The position numbers were made by a program, and so were the translations under genes. Below, piece after piece: positions 10,514-22,383 of a stretch of DNA of 64,000 nt. Each line of letters begins with the position of its first letter. Within the stretch, counting starts at the first letter, position 1. This DNA comes from Catajapyx aquilonaris (lineage: Eukaryota): contig KZ537981.1 in assembly GCA_000934665.2 (NCBI GenBank), positions 62,001 to 126,000 on the forward strand, given 5' to 3'. The notes under the pieces are model-generated. The model saw nothing but the letters and a program-made list of their open reading frames with translations, did not search any database and had not been told where the DNA came from.

Positions 10514-11198
10514 GCAGTGACAGTGCTCAGGACACTTCGTTAATATTGAATGTAAGTTAATTCCTTTGTAGGTAACCTCACAGGTGAGTTAATCCCTCTG
10601 TAGAATAATCCACAACGGAATTAATCCTTTGATAGATTAATCTACTGACGTGTTAATCCACATACGGATTAATCCCTGGTAGAATAATCAACTGAAGTAT
10701 TAATCCGCATGTGGATTAATCCCTTAGTAGACTAATCCACTGAAATGTTATGCATAATTTATTGGTAGAATAATCCACATGAGTCTTAATCTGCGTATGG
10801 ATTAATCCCTTGGTAGAATAATCCACAGGTGGATTAATCCTTTGGTAGATTAATCCACTGGAGTGTGTTAATCTACATTTTGAATAATCCCTGGTAAAAT
10901 AATCCACTGCAGTGTTAATCAGCATGCGGATTAATATCTTGTATAATAATATACTAGCATGTTAATCCATTTCGGAATTATAATCCCTTGGTAGGATAAG
11001 CCTCTAGTAAATTAACTAATGAGTAAATCATTGAAAAATATATTAATGTGCTGGTAGGTTTACTGGGCCAGCTATCTTGATTGTAACATGCACTAGTTCA
11101 ATTGACTGGTAGTTTAATATCAGGTGGTAGATAAATCAATATCAGTGGAAGCTTAAGTTTAGCTCTCAGCCATATAATTTCCTGAATATTGTCACTGC
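10514..11198. mobile_element. Old TIR-bounded element containing a degenerate TAATCC minisatellite (about 10580-11000)
   Basis: GCAGTGACAGTGCTCAGGA ... TCCTGAATATTGTCACTGC is a 16/19 inverted match. Internal TAATCCAC/TTAATCCC repeats. Confidence 0.55.
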
Positions 11199-11332
11199 AG
11201 ACACTTTTTTTATAATTTTTTATTTATATAAACTTTTAATTATTTTGCTGACGGCGTCTCTGGGATGGAGCATACCACCCCTGTGATTGGTCAGGAACGA
11301 AGATCCAGTGAAGGAGGCGAACCTTATTGGTG

Positions 11333-11400
11333 GAGTGAGTGAGTGAGCGAGTGAGTGAAGTGAGCCAAGTGAGTGAGTGGGGTGAGTGAGTGAGTGAAGA
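11333..11400. repeat. Imperfect (GAGT)n microsatellite
   Basis: gagtgagtgagtgagcgagtgagtg... Confidence 0.85.
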
Positions 11401-13654
11401 GCGAGCGGTATGTACACACACTGTGCATCAGTCATCTCTCATCATCCCCTGGCATGATGATAAGGGGGCTGAGTGTGATTCGTGCAAAAAAAAAAAAAAA
11501 TCATCTTTAGGCCTAGCAGACTCCAAGACCCGAGTTGGGCTGCAGGGAGGCCTTCCGATTGGGTAGAGGGATATGTCAAAAAAAAATATGAAGGATTCGG
11601 ATATTCGAAAGATAAGTCTCCTTAGCCCAGCCCAGCGTCTGTTGCTCTTTCGCGTGTTTCCCAGGAGGAAGAATGAAACGGAAGAAGGCTTCAAACAGAT
11701 ACTCTTCGCCCAAGATGAGCGAGAGCAGAAGGGGATAATATGTGTTCCCCCAACTAGGCAATGTTGGACATTGCAGACTCCACAATGGTGACAAGTCACA
11801 CTCAGGGCTGGTGGTACCCAGGAGTATGCAAGTGCCAAAGGGTGCCTAGGAGGAGTAGAGGATACCCAGCACAAGACTGCATCGGAAGTGTGGTCGGAAG
11901 TTACCGCTATGACCAAATCTTTTTATAATTTATGCAACATTATTCTTAGACTTTACACTTGCAACTCTACAGTTTATCGGTTTTAGCGATAACTTCCGTC
12001 CATATATCCAGTGTGATCTCGAACTAGTTGTCCCATAAATATCGCGTCAAAAATGTGACATCACAAAGCCACGTCTTCCCAGGCAGCTTCAGTGCTGGGC
12101 TGTGTGACGTATATGGAGAGTGGTTACTCTGTGACGCCACAATCACCTCTCATTCCGTGCACTGTACAGGGTGATTCAGCAATATCTAACGATTCTAACC
12201 GATACCGCGCGGCTGTTTATGGAAACAGCAAGTGGTGTCTGGCAGCTACGTGTAAACAACATTTTAAGCCAATAATCATCAAACTATCATGCGGGTGACT
12301 ACCGCTAACTGTAGCACATCCAGCCACGCGATCCTGCTGAATCACCATGTAGAGTGATCTTCATTCTACAACGACACTGTACATCAGGGGGGTGGGGAGG
12401 GAGGCAGGGTTGTAACTATCTGGGGGGAAAAAAGTTCCTGACAATTCATCAGTCAGCTTGACACTAACACCACAAAAGATTGCACGGTTCAAAATAAACT
12501 GGACTGTTAGGAGGAGACAAAGAGGGGACATGACAAGAACACAATACTTCAAGAACTAAACTAATGTTGGGGAATAGTAGTAGGGCCTAGTATAGGCTAA
12601 CTTGGAAGAGGATCATGGGGATAAGCAGAAGGATTCTCAGGAGTGGAACAGAAGGAATGGGGAGGAATAAGTTTCGCCAATATCTGAGTATCCCAGGGAA
12701 TCAGCACCCCCATCCCTCCTGATTTTCCACCAGGAATTTCCCTTAGGGAATTCCCCAGGGAAACTCCCTCCCGGACACCGACCTTTTCAGCCCAAATCAC
12801 GTTTATCTAGGCTTCGTCTCTCAACAAGATGGCGGAGGTGACAGCATGAGAAGGAGGGCTAGGAAGAGATGTAACGTGTGCTGCTCAAACTACAACACTC
12901 AAGTCGTAGGATCTGACCTGGATCCTACTATAGTGGGACACATTCCGCTGTATAACTGGTGTCTCATAAGCAACTACACTACAACTACGCTAACGGTCAA
13001 AGTGCAGGCCTTAAAAAGTGGTGTAAGTGCAATTTGAAGTCATGTTTTCCAGCACAGGTAACTAGAAGGATGTCACTACTTAGCAACAGTGTATACACAC
13101 GGACAGAATAAGTGAGCCGGGCTGGAAAAATACCCAGTGTCTGTACCGCATATTTGCAAAGAGCAAATAAGAAAAGATCAGGTACTTTTCGATACAGGTC
13201 TCAGATGTGGGCGAGACTCAGGAAAAGAACAAGTATGGCGCAGGCGGAAGAGTAAACAAAGCTGCAGTATGCAGTAGAAGTAGTAGTAGGGTAACGGAAT
13301 GAACCTCGAATATCTCTGATAACGTCGAGGGAGTCCAAGGATGGGCCAAATCAGAGGGCGTCTGGAAGGAGAGAAGAAGAGAGACCAAAAAGACAAGACA
13401 TGACACAACTGCATTCTGTCACACTTGGCATTGGGAGGGCGGGAAAGAATCAAGAGAGTTTATACGTACAGGACGCACCCACAGACTCACACAACAATTA
13501 TTATTATTGTACACGAAGGCTGTACATGGACAATTAGTGCGGTGTGTGCCGAACGGTAGGACACGTTTGGGACACTTCATGTCGGCTATCGGACCTGTCC
13601 AACCATCAAGACACCCTGGCGGCCAAGGCCTCAATCTGGCAACCACAGTATATT

Positions 13655-14225
13655 TATATCGATAAAATTAATTCCATATTGATTTATCGATACTTATTGT
13701 TGTAAACATAAATGAATATCGATACGTTACTAAATTTATGACTTACGCGGAAAGATTGTCCAGGTTGAACATTTCATATCGATCCACATGAAAATCGACA
13801 TCGATATTTGATGTATCGATACATGAAGTTGGATGATCGATCTTTTCATACATGGAAATATATGAAATAGCAATATTAATCGACAATATCGATAACTTCG
13901 ACATTGATTATATCGATAATTTCGTACATCGATACTTGAAGTTAGATGTTAATGGTATCGATATTCTTCATGTGTCGATATAAATGCGGCTCGATATTTT
14001 GACATATGCATCCAAAATAAGTTCGACTGCAATATTATATCGATACGAATTATACCGATATTGATTGCACTGTACGATACTGGCATGACTATCGATACGG
14101 CTCGCACACAAATGGGCTCGGCGGGTATATCGATATTTTCATATATTGTGCGCTGATACAATATTGAAACCCGATTTTGAAAACAACTACGTATCGATTA
14201 TATCAAGGTGAGCATCGATACAAGT
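13655..14225. repeat. ATCGAT-rich degenerate dispersed repeat
   Basis: Very dense ATCGAT/TATCGATA/CGATAT words in AT-rich sequence. Related tract at about 47905-48790. Confidence 0.75.
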
Positions 14226-15884
14226 CATTACAATATGTTACGTCGCAAATGCGCAATAAATTGTCCTCGAAGGTAGGCTACATAGTCATCTTTTCCGTTT
14301 CCAAATCCGATTGTCTGTTGATTGAGTTTAATAGTTACGAGTCAGTGGCCGCCGGGGTGCTTTCAGAAGAAGATGATGGGTTTTCCTGTTTCCCGGAAGT
14401 CGCTTTCCTGTTTTCCAAGCAACAATGGTGATGACATTACTTCCTGAACGCGAGTAACCTGCCCCGCAGCCTTCTCAGCAGGGCTGGGTGGAGACTTCCT
14501 TATAATGTTTTTGAAAAGGCGCATATTTTTATTGGATCGGCCTACTTGACATCCAGACGTCAAATGCTCGGTGATGCGATTGACTTCCTATTTTTCTGCC
14601 AACCAGACGCCAAAGGCCAAAGCAATTCTGAAGCCATCTTGGACCGACGATACAGCATATCATGAATCCAATATGTCTTCAATCAATTAATAATGGTATG
14701 GCCTTAGAAGTGGCAACGCCCACATAGGATTTTATTGGCTGGAACGGAGGCCAATCAGATTCAGGCTCCCTGCTCTGCCGCCATGTTGCATCCATGACGT
14801 CACATTACAAAATGGCGTCGAGTTCATGCACACGATGGCGGGCATTGCACAAGCCGCTCTACTAAACACAAACGGTCTTTGGAAGGGTAGTAAACATGGC
14901 ATCAATGTGGTGTTGTGTCAATATGACTGACGGCCTGTCGTCGGTAAAGTCACGACCTCTCGTCTTACACATGTCACAAGGTTTGTCTCTTTTATCTTTT
15001 TCTAATAAATAAATATATAAAGTGTATATGGAGCGCGAACCTGGAGCCAATCCCTTTGCCAGCAGGTCGTCGCAGGTCCCCCAGCTCAGGCAGGAAGGCC
15101 GCGGGGCAGGGAGTCACGCGACGCAACTGAAGGTCACGCGACGTAACGCGTCGCCCCTTCCCCCACCAAAAGTGCCCCCATCGCTACGGTCCTACCACTC
15201 TTTACCACCGGGGTTATCTAGCTGGGCGGAAGCAGGGGCTCGCATTGCTCCTGGAGCTCCTGGAGCTGCTGGAACAAAAGACGGGGTGCTGGCTGGCCTC
15301 TGGAGTCACACACCTAAAGGGGCACACACACGCACACACCGTACCCTACAACACTCAACTGGACGACGAGCTGCCTGTCCCGGCCTGCAAGTCATCAAAT
15401 AGCACGATGGAGCAACCGCAATCTGTAACGGCTCGGTGTACTGGCCATAGCACGAATGAACTCGAATCACGGTAACTGTAGCGCTGAAGGCTACTGTTAG
15501 CCTGATTCTGGTATCTGATTCCCGCGAGAATAGACCGGGCCTCATTCAGAAACAGTATGCTTAAACCCTCCTAACACTTGGTTAGTGTGACTTGCGGTGT
15601 TGCCACGTTGTGACTTTCACTTACCCTCACCACACACGCAGTTACAGATTGCTCGCTGATCTCCAGTCATTCAAGCCCACACGGATGCAAACCACCGATT
15701 CGACCACAGGCTGGCAAGAAATGGGGGGTTTAGACCACCATTTTCAGAGAGGGGACTGGTGGATTGGGAGGGGGATGGATGAAAGTGGGGGGTGGTGCCG
15801 TTACGAACATGCTACAGGTACAGGCATCGCTACCGGAGTCACTACGTGCACCAGCAAGCGGACAACCTGGTTACAAAAGCAGTA

Positions 15885-15955
15885 CAGGGTGGTTCAAACT
15901 CAGCATTCATATTTTTCCATCAAAAACTTCAGTAAGGTAGTTAATAAACACCCTG
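15885..15955. mobile_element. 71-bp Tc1/mariner-type mini-MITE
   Basis: TA|CAGGGTG ... CACCCTG|TA, the same terminus as the 207-bp MITE. Confidence 0.55.
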
Positions 15956-15988
15956 TACACTATTCGCCCGATGCTGTCCAAAATGCAT

Positions 15989-16996
15989 CTTCACGCCGGT
16001 TGTTCGTCGTTGAGTTGTCTACACGACGACGTTCGGTCGTTGGTCGTTTGGTAGAATAATCCACTGGCATATTAATCTATATGGGGTTCAATCCCTCGGT
16101 AGAATAAATCCACTGGTGACTGGTGCATTAATCCACATGGGTTTAATCCCGGGATAAAATAATCCACTGGTGTATTAATCCACATGGGTTTAATCCCAGG
16201 GTAAAATAATCCACTGGTGTATTAATCCACATGGGTTTAATCCCGGGGTAGAATAATCCACATGGGTTTAATCCCGGGATAAAATAATCCACTGGTGTAT
16301 TAATCCACATGGGTTTAATCCCGGGGTAAAATAATCCACATGGGTTTAATCCCGGGATAAAATAAACCACTGGTGTATTAATCCACATGGGTTTAATCCC
16401 GGGGTAAAATAATCCACATGGGTTTAATCCCGGGATAAATTAATCCACTGGTGTATTAATCCACATGGGTTTAATCCCAGGGTAAAATAATCCTCTGGTG
16501 CCTTAATCCACATGGGTTTAATCCCGGGGTATAATAATCCACTGGTGTATTAATCCGCATGGGTTTAATCCCGGGGTAAAATAATCCACATGGGTTTAAT
16601 CCCGGGATAAATTAATCCACTGGTGTATTAATCCACATGGGTTTAATCCCAGGGTAAAATAATCCTCTGGTGCCTTAATCCACATGGGTATAATCCCGGG
16701 GTAGAATAATCCACATGGGTTTAATCCCGGGATAAAATAAACCACTGGTGTATTAATCCACATGGGTTTAATCCCGGGATAAAATAATCCACATGGGTTT
16801 AATCCCGGGGTAGAATAAGCCACTGGTGTATTAATCCACATGAGTATAATCCCGGTGCGGTGTCAGCAACAAGGTTCTGTACTAATTGGCGATTCCCGAG
16901 GGGAAACCTTGTCAACGACCTGAACGACCAACGACCAAAGATCGAACGACGTCGTGTGGACATCTCAACGACGAAAGACAAAAGACCGACGTGAAG
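15989..16996. mobile_element. Non-autonomous element with long imperfect TIRs enclosing a 47/31-bp TAATCC minisatellite (about 16050-16855)
   Basis: The left arm CTTCACGCCGGT..TTCGTCGTTGAGTTGTCTACACGACGACGTTCGGTCGTTGGTCGTT matches the reverse complement of about 16923-16996. Internal units of 47 and 31 bp often form a 78-bp pair. Confidence 0.8.
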
Positions 16997-18119
16997 GATC
17001 CTCAGAACTTTTTAATATTTTTGGACCGCCTCGGACTATAAATTAACCCACTGCCTACTACGCTTACTTTAAAAAATTGCAACCCCGGTCTATCTACTGC
17101 GCATGCGCCGCATTCCCCCTTTTTTTCCCCCCGCGCAAAAGGTTTTTCTTCGAGGGTGTGAAACTTCCCCCTCAAAACAAACAAAAAAAAAGCGAAACAT
17201 GTCAATCCGCTGCTTTTTAAATATAGATATTAAAATAGAGAGATGGGGTTGTAAAAAATTAAAAAAAGGTACGGTCTACACTACCTTCGAGGTGCAAAAG
17301 CAACAATCGATCTGTTCACTGGGGATTTCCTCGGAATATCTCTCGGGTTTCTTTGCTCTTTTCGTGCGTTCCTACNGGGGGGGGTGAGGTCAGGAGGGGG
17401 GAGAAAGTCACATATGAGTATGAGAAGAAAAAAAAAGTGCAGAAAGTACAAGAAATAACCAATTTCTTCAGCGGAAAAGTCTAATATCACAGATTCAGGC
17501 CCAATTGTGGCAACACTGGCGGAGTTGTCACCAGAGGAGCTGTCAACGCTGTTACTTGGCCAGTGTTGCCAGATCTTCTGGCTACTTTTTGTCGTTACCA
17601 TGTTTGCATTGAATGGTATAAGGTTGTAAACCAGTGAGAAATTAATAATATGCTGGTCGTGCTACTTCCGGACCGGATTGTAAACTGCGACCGGTTTCTC
17701 CGTCTACGAGCTTGCACCCTTTAGACATTCGTACGAGGACTCGTAACATGCTCTCTCTCAAGGTGCTTTCACACTAGAGGGTCAAACGCGTTCGAGACGT
17801 GATCACGTGAAAATGAGCCAGCGTCTTTAGAGCGTTTGTCCTCGGTTGCGTTCACAAGCTTGCGAGAACAGGTATCGAGATGAGCCAGTTCTTCCCAGCT
17901 TATGGACACCATCACTTTCTCTCTGTTTAGCCTCAGTGAGCAAGAAACGAACTTAAAATGGGGGTGGATTGGGTGCGAGACGACACATTTTGGTGGAGGA
18001 CTGAATAAGGCACCAGGCGGTTACATGAGCATGCGACGTGTGAGAGAGAGAGACGCGGTCGAGACGTGAGTTGCGGGGGGCATAAGTGCATTGTATAGTG
18101 TGTGTGTCCATGCCCTTAC

Positions 18120-18451
18120 CGGAGTGTAGAATCCGGGCGAATTGAGCGGGTGCATCACATCCTGCTGGTTGTTGGCCTGTTGTTGCAGTTGGAGCTGTTG
18201 CTGTTGCGCGGACGCCGACACAGGTATGTCAAGCAGGTGGGGCGAGGTCGGATTGATGACCCCTGGAGGCAGGCTGGTGCCCTGCGAGTTGCGTCTCCGG
18301 TCTTTCATCCCCCCGGCCGAGAGGCCCAGGGCGTGCTCGTGGTTTTTGTAGCACCCTGTCCCGGTGTTTCCGACGTGTTTCCCCCCGCCGGCGCCTCCCC
18401 CGCCGCTCTCTCCCCCGGTGCTGTTTGCGTCCGCCTGGGACATGTTGTGTC
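18120..18451 (-). CDS. Shab: Shab/Kv2 coding exon 4 (C-terminal tail)
   Basis: (G)HNMSQADANSTGGES...TGTGCYKNHEH resembles insect Shab GHNLSQTDGNSTEGES...TGTGCYKNYDH. Acceptor CCTTCCAG|GA fits phase 1. Donor CCG|GTAAGG, phase 0. Confidence 0.92.
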
Positions 18452-21400
18452 CTGGAAGGCGCATGGCGTCTACACTCCTGGCCCCCCCGCCCTTCCCCTA
18501 TCAAAGCAGCACTCTCCCCATCCAGAGGGACAAAGTGACAACAACGACAACATACAAAACATAGACAGACAACGAAGACGTCCACTACAACGACATACGT
18601 ACGTAGTGTACCACTAGTGGCCAGGCGTGTTTGCCCAGGGGCAGCGCAGGCCCACCCATCGGGAGAAGTGGAGGATCAGGGGGTGGCCATCAGAAATGGG
18701 GAGAGAAACAAGCATAGGAGCAGGAGGATAAACAGGAGCAGGAGGAACAAAAGAAAGAGCAGAGTCACGATAACTGTGGCGCTGAAGGCAGGGCCTGCTC
18801 CACCCCTAGAGCCCTGCACGCCTCTGGCTCCATGACATGCGACGGTTTAAGAACCGTGTCCGGTTTCTACGGATTATTTCGGGTGTCCAGCGAGGGGCAG
18901 ACTCAGATAAATGCATGCACAGACCTCGCTATGTGCTGGCTCCCCATTTGATCAAATCGCGTGGGTCGCTTTTTTTTTTTTTTTTTTTTGAATTTTCGAC
19001 AGGGGAGTCTTAGCTACTAAAGCGGCACGGTATGGGTACGGACCATGCAACGTGGTCCTTTTCATTATTTGAGGGGGGATCCACTACCCTGCCACTAACG
19101 TCTAATACTCATGATGGCACTAGAAATGACGTCACGGCCTGATAAACAAGGCGGGACGTCATTTGACCGCCATTTTATTGCGGTGCCAGACGGCGCCCAA
19201 GGGAAAACGACGATCCCCCGTCAATCATTTGCATGTTACCTGCCTTAGAGTTGCTAAGTGATACCGACACAACCAGGTATAAACAAAAGTCTTAACCACT
19301 GAAAGCCAATAATCATGTTTTAATCGTACCAATTGCTATTATTTTATCAGTTGCTTAGTTCATACCTGCCACATCCAGTGTTGGGCAGAAACTAAATTGA
19401 AGTTATTTCATTACTATTGTTTACTCTTAAAAATAACACATGTAAAAATTAAAATATTAAAATGTTACTCTCGAGGCCAAAGATATGATTCGACTTTTTC
19501 TTCAATTTTACTTTGGGAAGTACCCTGAAATTATTTGAAATTTAGTTTAACGTTCATGTATCTTGGCAACTGACAGTATTTGCAACTCTATAACAAGTCT
19601 TTTGTTGTCTTAGTAACTTGGCTAAAACAATCCCTTTAGCTGGATACTTTTTGTCTGATTCTGAGTAACTTGAGTAGAAAGCCTTGTTTGTTTGTTAGTA
19701 CGGTTCGTTTCTCGTTCTATTTACGCAAGTACATGCCTAGTACAAGTAGAACCTAATAATATGTAATTATGTAAAACCATTGATTAATTACTTATTGTGA
19801 GTAAAACATGTTCCCTTAGTCTTTGAAATTAAGCAATGATATTCAAGTACTGTAGTTACGTGACTACAAGTAGTGCCATGTAACTCTGGCATTATCCGAA
19901 TAATTGAGCTAACAACTAGGGTAGTTACTTTTTGTCTTAATAACTAGTCAGTAACACCACTTACTAGCACGTAGTAAGTACTAGTTAATTTTTTTTTAAA
20001 AAAAATAGAATAAGTTCTCCAACTCTGGTTGCATCAGTTGAGACATGAATGACTCGCCCTGTAAGATTTGACTTTTTGAAGAGCTCACTTTACAACCACT
20101 TGCTTTTTTCCCAGTGGATTTCACAAGCGTCCAATCAGAAGCGAGAGATTGATCCCATTCATTCCTAATGAGGCGCATTCAATTAGCCACCCCCTCCCTT
20201 TGAATAGGGTAAAAAAATATATATCGATTGGGATCCTTCCCCTGAATAAAACCGAACATATTTACGCCACATGATGAAAAATTTCCATGGTCAAATGATC
20301 CCCTGATAGAGGGTGCGTGACCTTTTTGCCCTGAGGTCACTGGTCTCTACGCCTACGTCTCAGGTAAGAGGGTAAATATTGCGGGGGCGTGTCTATGTAT
20401 GCCTCTATGCGATCAGTCTTGATCCCATGCAAACCGAGTGGCGTGTCATGGTGCATGCCCGCCTGCCTATATAGAAGCCTCCATCAAAAAAAAATAATCC
20501 AGGAATTATTCATTTGATAGCCAATGACCGATGCTGACTTCGTGACCTGAATCGACAGGAAATGGCCTGTCGATATATGTGCAACAGGGGGTTTATATGG
20601 CCAGGCATGTGTCTTAAGAAATGGGACTGCTGCTGGTCTGGCCAATTTAACTCGGCGTGGCGACTGATATTTTTGTGAATCGTCATCGCCCATAGTTCTG
20701 GTTATTTTTTGACAATTGATTTGCTAAGGCAGGCTCCACGTCACGCCACTGACTGACTACCTTGTAAGCTCTGTCCTCTACTCTGAGTAAAAGTCGAATG
20801 AGCCTCATCCTACGAGTCTGTCTGCAAAATATAAGACTGGGGGGTGGGGGCTGGGTAATAAAAGTGGGTGGTATAAGATAAAGAGAGAGAGTGGATGGGG
20901 GGCTAAGACTTTGAATCTTACGTAGTAGAGTAATTGCTCGATCGGTTTACACACGCGAGATTTGGGGACACTCGGAAGATAAACACACGTCACAGAGGTA
21001 CACACTTGAGGGGGTGGCAACCAATATGGCAGCCGCCCCAGAATGTCCGAGCGAGTGCTGTAAAGAGGCGAGAAATAGAATAACGAAAAACCAGGGACAC
21101 AATAAGGAGAGTCCAGGGATAGCATCACACAAAGGGCCAGGAATAAGTGACTCGGGCGTGACTCACAGACGCGATTTTAGGCCGCCATTTTTTTTAGGTC
21201 AATGGTGACGTCACGACTGTCGCCTATTGGTCGGATTCGAGGCCAATCACAGGGCAGGACACAAACCCCTGCCAATCAGGTGCTTGCATTTCAAAACAAA
21301 TGTGGGGCCTGTCCGCGATGCAAGGTCATCCTCCATTGGGCCACTGCAGAGCCAACTGCAAGACATTTTAAGATGTAATCTCGAACCTGATTGGTTCGAT

Positions 21401-21906
21401 CACCCAATTGGCTTTTCCAGTGGGCCAATCGGAAGCGACGCTCGAATCGGTCATTGCCCTGATATCTTGTTACTAATTAATTAGCGCATGACAAAATGTA
21501 CTCTACCCAGGCATTCTTGGAAGCTGCCGACTCCACCCCTTTCTGTTGGCCACCCAATGACTTGGCGGGATGGAGGAGGATACACCCCTACCAGTGGACA
21601 TGGAAAGAAGGGGGGTGGCGTTGGCAGCAGCCAAGAATGCCTAGATAGAGTATATGGGGGTGTGAAAAGCATCACTATGAAACCTATACTTGCAGGCCTT
21701 TTTCATAATGGCATATGTAGTACAGGCCTTTCCCCCGTCACCGACCAATAGGACCATCCACATACGAACAAAACGGATTTGTCCTCACAATCTCCCGAAC
21801 AAAGATGCTAAGTGTCACTTTACAGGAAACCAGTAGTGCTGCTTGCACTCTTTTAAGACAAGAACTGCTAGACAGAATAAGAACTGTTAAAATGCACTGA
21901 CTTATA

Positions 21907-22113
21907 CAGGGTGGTCCAAGTTCAAGTGTCGTTTTATAACGGCGATTAATAGCAGTGACTTTGCGATGACGTAGCAGCGACGCGTAAAATGTCCCACTTC
22001 GGCGCATCTTCGGCGCAATCGAAGTGGGCAATTTTACACGTCGCTGCTACGTCATCGTTAAGCTCTTCTATTAATCGCCGTTATAAAACGACACTTGAAC
22101 TTGGACCACCCCG
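21907..22113. mobile_element. 207-bp fold-back MITE (Tc1/mariner-like), copy 1
   Basis: TA|CAGGGTGGTCCAAGTTCAAGTGTCGTTTTATAACGGCGATTAATAG ... CTATTAATCGCCGTTATAAAACGACACTTGAACTTGGACCACCCCG|TA. Almost entirely palindromic, flanked by TA. Confidence 0.93.
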
Positions 22114-22383
22114 TATAGTAGAAACTGTAATTACTGCACTTCTCAAAAATACCAATCTTCTTATATACCGTATATAAGAAGGTAAAGTTTGTCTGCATGT
22201 AATCTTGTTGGTGCTAATTCAGTACGTATACTGATTACTTTGTCAAAGATGGCGACCGTAGCTATAGTAATGAGTCACAGCCAGAGACACAGCATATTAT
22301 AGTACAGTATACACACAAAAAAGAAAGAACTATAGTATAGTGAGAGAGGATGGAGAGCACATTGTGCAGACAATGAGACTGAC

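Noticed and set aside
12361..12552. Pyrimidine-rich acceptor-like site (CCTAACAG) in Shab intron 4
   Set aside because: Phase 0 gives only SSLF before a stop, with no good donor or homology.
16143..16841. Repetitive peptide ORFs (MWINTPV...; also those in 2740-3811 and 33076-33352)
   Set aside because: They are translations of minisatellites with no splice or homology support.
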